A stretch of DNA of 64,000 nucleotides from Lingula anatina (lineage: Eukaryota; Animalia; Brachiopoda). Under the pieces are notes generated by a model. That model saw nothing but the letters and a program-made list of their open reading frames with translations. It did no database searches and was not told where the DNA came from. The position numbers and the translations under genes are program-made. Numbering within the stretch: position 1 is the first letter of the stretch; the number at the start of each line of letters is the position of its first letter. The DNA is taken from the NCBI GenBank assembly GCA_051362555.1, contig JBPQGU010000016.1, positions 1,798,001-1,862,000 of the forward strand. The letters are read 5' to 3'. Below are positions 12,813 through 24,200 of the stretch, one piece after another.

Positions 12813-14019
12813 CCCGTTCAAAATAGGGGACTATATTTAGTCCAAAGTCAAATATGATCGCCCCAGTTGAATAGTGTACTTTCCCACGGGATATCTATTT
12901 ATTGTCTATGGGGTCCTGCACAATACAGGGGCGGATCCAAAAATATTTTCTGACAGTCTTCCATCTTTGTTGACACATTCTCTTTTTTTTACCGTCTTCC
13001 GACAGAAAAAGAATACATGTAGATACTCGTCAATGTTAACTTGAAAATCTGACCGTCTTCCGGAAGACCCAGAAGACGGCCTCAATCCGCCCCTGCAATA
13101 GATCATCCGAATACTAACATATCCACCGATTATTATGGCCGTCCACATTGCAAAAGCGATGTCGCTGATTCCCGACGGTCTCTTCGCCTACACACATTAA
13201 ATGGATTAAATCTCGTCTCCGAGGTTTCATTGCTAGGCCCCTGCAGCGACAGCACGTGTGGAGGCGCGGAGACCATCATGGAATTGGCGGTATCGGTTTT
13301 GAACTGGGTCGGCCATATTTAGTCGGCCGATCAGTTAGTACCCAGACCATCTATTCTGAACAGTCCCTTTTAGTGGCGTAGACGGCAAGCTTTGTGGTGG
13401 GTCGCCATATTTGACACTCGGACTTGTAAGTCACTGATTCTGAATGGGACGAGAGAGAGAGAGGGGGAGAGAGAGAGAGAGAGAGAGTGTGTGTTTCTTA
13501 CGTACTCTGTGACCGGGCCGCAGTCAGTTCTACACGGACTGGTACATGCGCAGCCAAATATGTTACATTTCCCATATGAACAGTAAAAGAATGTCTGTAA
13601 TGTAAATAGGGAATTAAAAATCTTTTCCTTTCTCTTTTCCCCCTCCAACACATCGCACCGACACTGCACACGCACACAAACCCACATATGTACAGAATGA
13701 TTTCCTTTTACTTACGACCATTTACTTAGCGAATTTCAATAAACAATATAAAAATAGACTTCTAGCTTTGTTCTACAGTTATTACTAAAATATACGGTAT
13801 CATTTTCCTCCTGTAATGCTAAGTTCCCTGATACCAAACATGTGTTGTAAATGTGTTCTCAATGCATTTCCCGAGGAAATACCCCGGTACTAGTAGACCC
13901 ACCCACGTGCAGTCTGCGCAGAAATTATACCCAATCTGATAGCAGCAGATAGATTCAGCTTCTTGCATTACGGCGGCCAGACCCAATGCAACTAACGCAA
14001 AAATGGCAAAGGTAGTCAT
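11354..14019 (-). CDS. Mytimycin/Diedel-like secreted Cys-rich peptide precursor B, 120 aa, with C-terminal EF-hand
   Basis: Exons 14019-13903, 13594-13506, 11510-11354. Protein MTTFAIFALVALGLAAVMQEAES-ICCYQIGYNFCADCTWTFFYCSYGKCNIFGCACTSPCRTDCGPVTDVKNEWVILGEKYHVTCTCTR-GKR-AEKDAVFDDEDANGDDNIDRQEFDPDLQ*. 12 Cys; canonical EF loop DANGDDNIDRQE. Confidence 0.88.
12926..13095. mobile_element. MITE with CAGGGGCGGAT TIR and 5-bp TSD (hAT-like)
   Basis: caata|caggggcggat...atccgcccctg|caata; absent from unit 1. Confidence 0.8.
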
Positions 14020-15480
14020 CTTCTGAAATGTGAAGTGACACTATAGAGTTGACACAAAGACACTTTTTTAAGGAATTTTAGAGGACAGTGGAGCTCAAAT
14101 CTCTTCTGTCAGCAGCTATGCTTTTAAACTTTCAGAGGCACGCTGACAGTAAAGACATGAGATTTCATACGATGTTCTCTAAAACCCAATGCGCACAAAG
14201 GCAATCGGTTTCGTGAAATCCTACTTAGTAAACAGCAATTTAAGAAAATTTCTTGGACAGAATGTTTTACCTGAGTAATCCTTGTTTACCTCTCTCAGTC
14301 TCGAAACGATTGAAAACGTCGACAGATTGATCTACCTATACCGTTTTCATCAGCAGTGCAAGCTTCGTCAAGGCCTCGGTTTCTGAAGTGGAGTACAGGC
14401 CTATGATCTGAAGAGATCAAAGCATGTGGAACAGACATCAAAGTTATGTACTGGTACAGGTATTTCACAATGATTTACTTAAGTCTGGATTATCATTTAC
14501 CGACTGCTTCGGCAATGCACAGAAAAATAATGTGTGTTCGAGACTGATTTTCATTGGCAGATATCATTTTCATCAGAAAGACAATTTATCTTTACGTTTT
14601 ACGCATGCGTATTTTAAAATCTTCTAGCTTTGTTCTACATTTATTACTAAAATGTACGGTATCATTTTCCTCCTGTAATGCTAAGTTTGCTGATACCAAA
14701 CATGTGTTGTAAATGTGTTCTCAATGCATTTCCCGAGGAAATACCCCGGTACTAGTAGACCCACCCACGTGCAGTCTGCGCAGAAATTATACCCAATCTG
14801 ATAGCAGCAGATAGATTCAGCTTCCTGCATTACAGCTGCCAGACCCAACGCAACTAACGCAAAAATGCCAAAGGTAGTCATCATCTGAAATGTGAAGTGA
14901 CAAAATGGAGTTGACACAAAGGCAAAGGGAACTTCAGAGGACAGTGGAGCTCAAATATCTTCTGTCAGCAGTTATACTTTTAAACTTTCAGAGGCACGCT
15001 GACAGTAAAGACGTGAGATTTCATACGGTGTTCTCTTAAACCCAATGCGCAAAAAGGCAATCGGTGTCGTGAAATCCTACTTAGTATACAGCAATTTAAG
15101 AAAATTTCTTGGACAGAAATTTTACCTGAGTAATACTTGATTACCTCTATCAGTTTCGAAATGATTGAAAACGTCGGCAGATTGAACTATTTATGCCGTT
15201 TTCATCAGCAGTGCAAGCTTCGTCAAGGCCTCGGTTTCTGAAGTGGAGTGCAGGCCTACAATCTGAAGAGATCAAACCATTTGAACGGACATCAAAGTTA
15301 TGTACTAGTAGAGGTATTTCACAATGATTTAGTTAAGTCTGGATTATCATTTATCGACTTGTTCGGCAATGCACAGAAAAATAATGTGTGTTCGAGACTG
15401 ATTGTCATTGGTTGAATTCATTTTCATCAGAAAGACAATTTATTTTTAGGTTTTACGCATGCGTACTTTAAAATCTAGTT
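13760..15480. repeat. ~860-bp direct tandem duplication covering coding exon 1 and the upstream region of gene B
   Basis: ttctagctttgttctaca starts both ~13760 and ~14622; sequences colinear to ttttaaaatct. Confidence 0.9.
14765..14884 (-). CDS. Duplicated first coding exon of peptide gene B (signal peptide plus CC...CxxC)
   Basis: MMTTFGIFALVALGLAAVMQEAESICCYQIGYNFCADCTW with intact tttcag acceptor and gtgggt donor; no exon 2 or 3 of its own. Confidence 0.7.
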
Positions 15481-16303
15481 CTATCTGGTTGAACGTGAAC
15501 ATTAGACAAAAAATCATCGAATTATCAACGAATTAAAGGATTCAGAGGTCTGGTGACATTTTTTTTTTACTGCAAACTTCCTAAATTAGGTTTGAAAAAG
15601 TGGTGATACTGTATTCTGTTTAGTTACGCCGGTGGAGTGGAACATGCTTCTTAACGCACAACAAACAAAATCACAGGAGCTGGTGCCGTTTGATATCTGT
15701 TCGCGGGTTCGAATTCTTGAAAGTTCGTTGATTATTTGGATCTATTTTTAGGTACAGAATTTTCAAATGAAAGTTTATAAACTTTTCAAGACTATCGGCA
15801 TGAGACCATATGTCTTGGATACTGCTGGAGAGAGAGAGCGAGAGAGAGAGAGAGATGTATTGCTCGGGTTTCATTTGATGCAAGTAGTCCTATGATATAC
15901 TAGAACGAATTAAATTTTATAAGTAGTTCATCGTAACTTTTAATTTTCACACATCTCACCCTATGAATGTATATCACATATTCATCGCGATTCTCCATTC
16001 GTTCTGCATTGCATTCCCGTATACATTAGATCAAAGCACAGGTAGCTTCTGCATCAAAAGTTGTTAGTACCAGTATTGTAATGTGCGTTTTCAGTTACAG
16101 ATGCATAGTTAAACCCTCATATGTCTAGACATTCAGTCCGTCAGTTTAACTGATTTTTTTTATGTTGGCAAATATATGGATGGGAAGGTTGTCAAACTTT
16201 GTAAAATCTGCTTAAAAGTTATAAAAGTTATGTGAGGTTTCTACTAAGGAATGTGCGTTTTCAATAACAGATGCTTGAGACGCTTTTATAGTAAAAACCT
16301 CAT

Positions 16304-17437
16304 CGGCCGATTTCATAAAGGAGGTTTAACTAAACCTAGTTTAAGGCTAAAACCTAGGCTAGCAAAACCTGGTCTAACTCAAGACCTAAATTGCATTTCA
16401 CAAACACCCCATTTCCATAGATTAGATCGACCTACTTTAGATCGACCTAACTCCCTGGGGGTTCACGCTAAATAGCTGTCAGCCGGGCGGACACGAAAGT
16501 TGATTATCCCCTTACAGCTTGTAGTAGGCAGGACGGACATTTAAGTCGAATTATCTGAAAGTAATCTAGTGAGACTCCCCGCGGGGATAGATCGATCTAA
16601 AATCTATGGGAATAGAGCCTAACAGTGTAGAAAAGCCAGAAAACCAGGTTAAGCTAAACCAGTTTTAACTTGTCCTTGACCTCCTGTTGAATGTAACAGG
16701 ATTACATAGACGAAGAAATCACTGAACTGTGTCAATCAGGTAGGCGTAAATGAATAGATGACACACACTAGTGTTGAAGCAGATAAGCTGTTTAGCTCAT
16801 ATGAGAAAATACTTTGGAAGTAACGAGCACGTGAAAATGAGCCGTAAGAAAGCGGAGAATTTTTCTGCTGAAGAGAAGGGGTACATCTCAGAACTAATAA
16901 AGGAGAAGTCCAACATCACTGAATAAAATAATGATGTCACATCAAGTCAAAGAAAAAATGAGGCGTGGAAAGAAATTCTAACAAGATTGTCAGCACATTT
17001 TCCACAAGCCGGGAAAAGAACTGAAAGGCAGGTGAAAGACTTCTGGAAACGAGCGAAAATGAAAGCTAAGAAAGAATTTGCAAATGTTAAAAAAACTGCA
17101 AAAAAGACTGGAGGGGGGCCAAAAGAGGTTGAATTAAGTCAAGAAAATCAAGCAGTGATAGATCTTTTTTCCAAGCTACAGAGTTAAACCTGGGTCTGAC
17201 CAGGTTTATTTTTAGACTTGGTCTGAGTCCATAATCCGGGTATCAAAAACTTAGACCTCAATTATGAAACACAATCCTGTCTAGACCAGGTTTAGAATGA
17301 TGTTAAGACAGGTTTTACTAGACCACTGGTCCAATACTAAAACCTCCTTTATGAAATACAGGCAATCCCTAAACCTGGTCTACTTGGTCTCACTTTAGAG
17401 CAGGTTTAACTTTAAACTTCCTTTATGAAATCGGTCG
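16304..17437 (+). mobile_element. PIF/Harbinger deletion derivative
   Basis: TIR cggccgatttcataaaggaggtttaa / ttaaacttcctttatgaaatcggtcg; 3-bp TSD CAT; empty site ctcatatg at ~5180 in unit 1; carries a Myb/SANT ORF and a nested MITE. Confidence 0.88.
16837..17187 (+). pseudogene. Harbinger Myb/SANT-like DNA-binding protein, in-frame stop and truncated
   Basis: MSRKKAENFSAEEK...ITE*NND...KNEAWKEI...RTERQVKDFWKRAKMKAKK...KTGGGP: NF, AW, RT..Q...W and TGGG motifs of MSANTD/Harbinger ORF2. Confidence 0.8.
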
Positions 17438-18150
17438 CATATGTCTAGGCATTTCAAACCATCAGTTTTTAGATTCTTTTTATGGGTGGAGATATGAATG
17501 TGAAGGTTGTCAGACTTTGTACATTCTGCTTAAAAGTTATCGAAGTTGTGTGGGTTCAGTACTAAAGAACGAGAATCATTCACATTTCATACAAAACGTC
17601 ATTATCATCTTTAATTTGATTTTAAGACCACGCGTTTACTAGATTCTTAGAGCAACCACACGACTAGGACAGCAAATATAAACCTTTCTTCTACTTATTT
17701 GGTGTTTTTCTTTGGTGTCGCCTTCTGTTTTTAGTCCATTTTCCAGCTGCACGACAATTTTCTGAGAGGGGTGGGCGGAAAAAGAAGGGACAATTCCCGT
17801 TTGCAAGGTAATTTTTGCAGTAATCTGTCTAAATTGTAGCGTTGATATTTACATCTGTTTTTTTTTTTTTTTTTTTTTTTTTTTTTGTTTTTTTTTTCTT
17901 TTTTTTTTTTTTGAACAGTTATAATTGTTAAAGTATGATATTCGGTGAAAATGTAAGAATAAAGCTCAATCTACTGGTACCTATATGTTGGCAGTTCCCA
18001 GCTATGGTAACTAATAACTCTTTGGCTATCTAATAACTCTTTGGTCACAGGGCCCATAGTATAGTCTATTACAAAATTATAGCCTCCGATTTAATTTTCC
18101 ATAGGTCTACTGTATGTATATTGTAGAGGCACTTCTGATACACAAACACA

Positions 18151-18254
18151 CACTGGACAATAGAAGTGTCACCAATACTTTGTGGGAGATAAATGACTTT
18201 GGGATTAAATGCTCCTGGTATCATTTCATTTCATTTTATTAAAATCAAATTTCA

Positions 18255-18300
<46 letters not shown>

Positions 18301-19532
18301 ATGATAACAAAATATACATTCTACCAAGATATGCAGTTTCAAGTCCAAAATTAGTAATTAGTGGCATAGCCACGTGACCTAATAATAGCTGCCAGTCTGT
18401 GAGGCAAGGATTCATATAATTGTTTGATGCGTTCTGAGCTTATGCTGGCCATAGCATGAAACACTGAATCTAACAGAGTTTGTCAGCTGGTTGGACGGGC
18501 ATTTGTGAAAAGTTTTGACATATCATTCCACACATTTTCTGTTATGTTTGCATCCGGATTCTGGGCAGGCCACATCACCCTGCAAATGTCCTGTTGGTCA
18601 AACCAATCATCAACTGCTCTGGGTCTGTGGCAAGGAGCATTGTCATCCTGGTGAACGGATGGATAATTCCTGTTACCAAACATGTTAGTAAAAGATGGTA
18701 GCAAGCCTGACTCCAAAATATCGATATATTGCTGGTGATTCCTGTTTCCATTAACCACTATCAATTCGCCCACGCCAGGGATGCTGATGCAGCCCCACAC
18801 CATGGTGAATATACTGCTCCGGGTTCGAAAATTCAGTGCATGTGGTTCAAATGCTTTACCAGCGGTTAGCCAGCATCGTACCCATCTGTCATCAGATGTC
18901 AGACCAAAGCGACACTCATCAGAAAAAAATATATAGGACCAATTGTCATGAAATGTCCAGTTCCAGAAACTGTTGACCCTAGTTCACTCTACGTTGCCTG
19001 TTTTGTAACGATATAAGAGGTTTCAGTCTTGCTACCCTGCTGTACACTCTCTGAGCATGTAACCTACGCTTTTTATGTATGAAATTGTTCCACTGTGTTG
19101 TCAACTGGCAAGCAATGTCGAACTTTTACAACCTGGACATCAAAATCAGTCGTCGGTCTTCACGGTCAGTAGTTTTTCTTGGACCATCCATCAGAGACAA
19201 TTTGTCTCTTGATCCAGTGTTTCTTTACCGAGACCAGACCCTCTGCACGGTTCTGACTGAACAATTCAACTGTTATTCAATTGCTTATATTCCGCCTCTT
19301 CGGGTTAATAACTTGACGTCTATAATCGTTAGATAGTTACCTGTATCTTTCCATATTGGAGAAAGACAGGAATAACATTTGCTGTACATGTACAAAAGCA
19401 ACAATACAATTCCATGGTACATCGGTTTTATACTCATTAGTCACAATATAAGTAGACCAGGCATTATAACTACCCAAGATCTGCCTACTTTGATTACTCT
19501 GATTTAGGGGGTGACACTTTTATTGGCCAGTG
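18151..19532 (-). mobile_element. Tc1-family DNA transposon, near full length, defective
   Basis: TIRs cactggacaatagaagtgtcacc / ggtgacacttttattggccagtg; MVWGCIS...QDDNAPCH...WPAQNPDANITENVW DDE motifs; frame broken upstream. Confidence 0.9.
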
Positions 19533-19773
19533 TGTGGGAACTACCAAGTGACTTTCACAGACAGTCATCGTTGCTGCCAGCTGAATAATCAATGAACGTG
19601 TAGAATTTTGCCATCTGTATGAATCATACATGAAGAACTAGTACATACACGGTATGTCTAGGTTTTTGTACATAAATTAGCTTTTTTATATATATGAATA
19701 TATAGATAAACATACTTGGTATTTAATATGGATTTTTCAATTTGAAACACATGTATTTATTTTAAACTTGTAT

Positions 19774-20005
19774 CCCAGATAGCAGGACAGCATTAGCCCA
19801 ACATTGGCCCAACGCATGGTTGGTTGTACGACCAATATTGGCTCAACGTTGGAAAGCCAACTACCGACGTTGCATAACGTATTGTTGCTCACCAGCTTGA
19901 AACGTTGGACATGCATTAGCCCAACGTCATCTTTCCAACCAGCCAACGTTGGTCAAAGGCATTGGGCTATCGTCTTGCCAATGTAATACGCAAGTAACTG
20001 CTGGG
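19774..20005. mobile_element. MITE with CCCAG termini, 2-bp AT flanks and AACGTT-like internal repeats
   Basis: at|cccagatagca...tgctggg|at; many ccaacg/cgttgg motifs; a related end lies at ~20512-20605. Confidence 0.55.
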
Positions 20006-20938
20006 ATGTCTCGCACAGTTATTTAATCTCGGTCTAATTCAACCGGTCGAGGGACGATGCGTGGGGATCCGTGTGAGAGGCTGAGAGACCATTAAGGGAT
20101 TATAAGCGGTCTTCCTTTCATGAAGGTCCGCCATATTTAGGTCTCGGCCTTACTTGACCTCGGCTCTTCTCGGTGTGAATGCAAGCTCTCTTAGTAACAT
20201 ATATGTTTTGGCCAATATTGAGGCATAATTTTAAGGTAAAAACGAAGAAATGTGTTTTTAAATACTCAGTGAAATATAAAGATAGCCAGATATACATTTT
20301 CTAAAAGCATAGTTTCCAGCATTGTACTAACAGGGACCTATTATATATACATGTAGTATGTTAGTATATAGGTCCCTGTACGTTACTACAAGGTATTTCT
20401 TTTTTTTAATCCTATACATACCGTATTTTCGTGTTAACTATTAATAAATAAATATTTCAATTTATAAAAGTCTTCTTGCAAATTGTTTCATAACAATATA
20501 TATATATATATTGTCAACTTTCAAATCCAATGTTTATCCAACGTATTATCAACGTTATGGTTCAACGTAGTATCAACGTTAAAACAACATAATTTGCCCG
20601 CTGGGTACTCAATACTAAAACCGCCGAGGTGTGAACAGCTGTGGACGTCATCGCGCTCTTCAGCCTCAAAGGTGAAACCGAACGTTATCGCAGTGCAAAA
20701 CCAAAAGAAAATAAAAGCATCCGGATTCATCTTACAAGGAACGTACAGAGCATCACTTTCAATGAATACGACCCAACTTGTTTTGATTCTGTAGTTTTTC
20801 CGGCATAACAGCACGTCATACCACCTGTTAACCGTGTTCGGTAGAAAAACGATATCTCCTCGGCGGAATTATTTGCCAAATGTGTTTTACTCAAAATTCC
20901 CTTGACTGCAATCGCACCAGTATTTGGACACTTGGATG

Positions 20939-20971
<33 letters not shown>

Positions 20972-21293
20972 TTCTCTCCTCTTATGGTCTCGCTAAAAGT
21001 AAACCCCGCCTGTTGTGAACCGCCTCTGACCCCACTGTAGGCCTACTATTGAATATCATGGGTAAAGCCTAAATCAATCTTAGTATAAAACCAAGTCCGA
21101 GCTCCGAGTCGGGTTGTCAAACACGACTTCGTGTACACCATGAACATAACCGTTCATGTCGGGGACTGGGGTTGCGTGGGCTAAAATGCGGCACCCGGAT
21201 TATGGATTGGGACAGCAGGTCTACACATGTACTTCCAATCTGGCGCTCTCCGTGACGAGGTTAAAAGTTTCCATCTGATCACTCGGTATCAAC

Positions 21294-21388
21294 GGAGCTG
21301 TCGTGGCTGCGTGGTAACTCTGCTGTCTATCAAACAAGCGCACACCTGGACGCTGGTTCGAGTCACAGCAGCTGCTGTGTCACTTTTT
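21294..21388 (+). ncRNA. Candidate Pol III small RNA, vault-RNA-like, copy 1
   Basis: A box TGGCTGCGTGG (21304-21314), B box GGTTCGAGTC (21355-21364), T5 terminator; 5' agctgtcgtggct can pair with 3' agtcacagcagct. Confidence 0.4.
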
Positions 21389-21459
21389 GCCAGAGTTAAT
21401 TTTTAGAAATTGCGATTGATTACTATAAGAGGAAACTCGCACGTACGGAGGGTGGGCGG

Positions 21460-21660
21460 GTCAGTCACGGAGCAGTCGGTATCGTGCATGGATGCAAATG
21501 AGACATCCAAAGCGTCTTCAACCTTGGTAACGCATGGTCACGGGTTCGAGTCCCGGATGAGGCACGTCAGTCCATCACTGCAACGACCTGGCCCCTGAAT
21601 CGGGAAGTCACGAGACGAGAACGAATGAGGGCGCTCGTGGACTTAGCAAATTACCTTTTT
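21460..21660 (+). ncRNA. Candidate tRNA-derived Pol III transcript (~200 nt), copy 1 (others 22851-23051, 25240-25440)
   Basis: tataag ~35 nt upstream; A-box-like ggagcagtcggta; B box GGTTCGAGTCCC in a T-arm-like stem; hairpins ggatg/catcc and cacgag/ctcgtg; T4-5 terminator. Not a canonical cloverleaf. Confidence 0.35.
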
Positions 21661-22682
21661 GCATAATAATACGGTATACTTTAGAAAGTTTGCATCTGCG
21701 TCGGCAATTGTATTTTCTTTCTCTTCAGTTTAAAGCCCTTATATTGGTGCCACAGATCTGGAACTTAAATTGAGCTATAACCAACTCCGTAGGGCTTGCA
21801 TTTCATCAAAATGTGCTACATGTATCTTTTTGGTGGGATTATCAGAGAGAAAACTTTTGATTTTTTACAAAAGTCGCGTCACCTCTACTCCTTTTATCAG
21901 GCACACGTTTTGTATTTTTATGCCCCTCCTTTCCTATATTAGGCCTTTGCTTCTCAAGACTGTTCATATGTTCATAAAGTACCCGGGGCAAGTCCACAGT
22001 CGACATTGGAAAGTGTAAAGACTACTCAAAGCTAAAACCGCCGAGGTGTGAAAAGCTGTGGACGTCATCGCGCTCTACAACCTCAAAGGTGAAACCGAAC
22101 GTTATCTCAGTGCAAAACCAAAAGAAAATAAAAGCATCCGAATTCATCTTACAAGGAACGTACAGAGCACCACTTTCAATGAATACGACCCAACTTGTTT
22201 TGATTCTGTAGCTTTGCCGGCATAACAGCACGTCATACCACCTGTTAACCGTGTTCGGTAGAAAAACGATATCTCTTCGGCGGAATTATTTGCCAAATGT
22301 GTTTTACTCAAAATTCCATTGACTGCAATCGCACCAGTAATTGAACACTTGGATGTGTTTTTTTTTTCATTCTCTCCTCTTATGGTCTCGCTAAAAGTAA
22401 ACCCCGCCTGTTGTGAACCGCCTCTGACCCCACTGTACTATTGAATATCATGGGTAAAGCCTTAATCAATCTTAGTATAAAACCAAGTCCGAGCTCCGAG
22501 TCGGGTTGTCAAACACGCTTTCGTGTACACCATGAACTTAACCGTTCATGTCGGGGACTGGGGGGGTTGCGTGGGCTAAAATTATGGATTATGGATTGGG
22601 ACAGCAGGTCTACAAATGTACTTCCAATCTGGCGATCTCCGAGACTAGGTTGAAAGTTTCCATCTGATCACTCGGTATCAAC

Positions 22683-22779
22683 GGAGCTGTCGTGGCTGCG
22701 TGGTAACTCTGCTGTCTATCAAACAAGCACACACCTGGACGCTGGTTCGAGTCACAGCAGCTGCTGTGTCACACTTTTT
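22683..22779 (+). ncRNA. Candidate Pol III small RNA, vault-RNA-like, copy 2
   Basis: Same boxes, stem and terminator as 21294-21388. Confidence 0.4.
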
Positions 22780-23202
22780 GCCAGAGTTAATTTTTAGAAA
22801 TTGCGATTGATTACTATAAGAGGAAACTCGCACGTACGGAGGGTGGGCGGGTCAGTCACGGAGCAGTCGGTAGCGTGCATGGATGCAAATGAGACATCCA
22901 AAGCGTCTTCAACCTTGGTAACGCAAAGTCACGGGTTCGAGTCCCGGATGAGGCACGTCAGTCCATCACTACAACGACCTGGCCCCTGTATCGGGATGTC
23001 ACGAGACGAGAACGAATGAGGGCGCTCGCGGGACTTAGCAAATTACCTTTTGCATAATAATACGGTATACTGTAGAAAGTTTGCATCTGCGTCGGCAATT
23101 GTATTTTGTTTCTCTTCAGTTTAAAGCTCTTATATTGGTGCCACAGATCTGGAACTAAATTGAGCTATAACCAACTCCGTATGGCTTGCATTTCATCAAA
23201 AT

Positions 23203-24200
23203 TAACATTGCTAAACAGGTACAACGATACTGCCAAAGATTTGGAAATCTACCAAATAACAGAATAGTTAAACTCACCCATGATGCAGAACTGACAATAG
23301 GGGAAAAAGGTTGGCCAGGAGCGATTAATACTATGTTAACAACTTGGAATCTTCACAGTGAAAATGTCCCAGGGGTTCAGCAAATCCAAACACATTGCAA
23401 TATTGAGGAAAAAATCAATGCTAAAATTGAAAAAATGTTCTGGGAAGAGTTAACTGATCCTCAAAGCACCAAGTTAAATACTTATAGTCTGATAAAAAAG
23501 TCCTACAAAATTGAAAAGTACCTGCTAACTAATGCCCCTCAGTCATTAAAAAGGGAAGTGGCTAAAATTAGAGTCAGTGATCATATTCTAGAAATGGAAA
23601 GAGGACGCTACACCAGACCTAAAACACCACGCGAGGAACGATTCTGTCCCCACTGTCCTGCAATCGAGGACGAAGTGCACTTCCTACTAGAATGTAGACA
23701 CCATGTAAAAGAGAGGGAGGGCATGTTAAAACAATTCCCTAAATGTGACATGCATCACCTAGCAAGCAGTGACGAGAAGGTTAAAATCATACTAAGCCCA
23801 GAAAATGAGAAAGAATTGTACGCTGTTGGTAAATACATTCAGAGGGCAATTTCCAAAAGAAATGAGCATCTGCCACACTGAAGTAGCCTCATCCTGCTAT
23901 ATATTATATGAACCATAAGTATGGCACATATACATATGATGTAAGATAATGTATTACATGATACATATAGCTATAAACTTATCAAAGACAATGTGTGTTC
24001 CCTCAGTGTATTGAACTATTTACAATTGTAATAAGTAATTTAAACAACGTATACTCTGTAATTAATAATCTTAAACACTGTATTAGTAGTAATCCATAGT
24101 GATGTATAACTATTTATTTACTTATATATTTGTAGTATAGAGGGCTAACAAATGTAACTGCCACATTTAATGCTCGAATAAATTATTATTATTATTATAT
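23203..24200 (+). mobile_element. 5'-truncated LINE (L2/Crack/CR1-like), open ORF2 C-terminus to 23881
   Basis: KIRVSDHILEMERGRY...RFCPHCPAIEDEVHFLLEC motif; AATAAA followed by (ATT)n tail; TSD AAAAT (23198-23202, 24201-24205); empty sites in units 1 and 3. Confidence 0.92.

Larger units (their letters stand above)
8340..19525. repeat. Tandem segmental duplication, unit 2 (peptide gene B plus several extra insertions)
   Basis: Colinear with 505-6912 once insertions at 8630-9655, ~10126-11168, 12926-13095, the ~860-bp duplication and 16304-17437 are removed. Confidence 0.9.

Noticed and set aside
21255-21295. Faint 5S rRNA resemblance (gttgaaa...ctgatcac)
   Set aside because: Too short; no C box or 5S terminal stem.
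21460-21564. Functional intron-containing tRNA
   Set aside because: Acceptor stem pairs poorly and no clear anticodon can be placed; kept only as tRNA-like.
21550-21645. Hammerhead or HDV-like ribozyme in the tandem unit
   Set aside because: No CUGANGA/GAAA core, and the HDV P1/P3 pairings could not be built.
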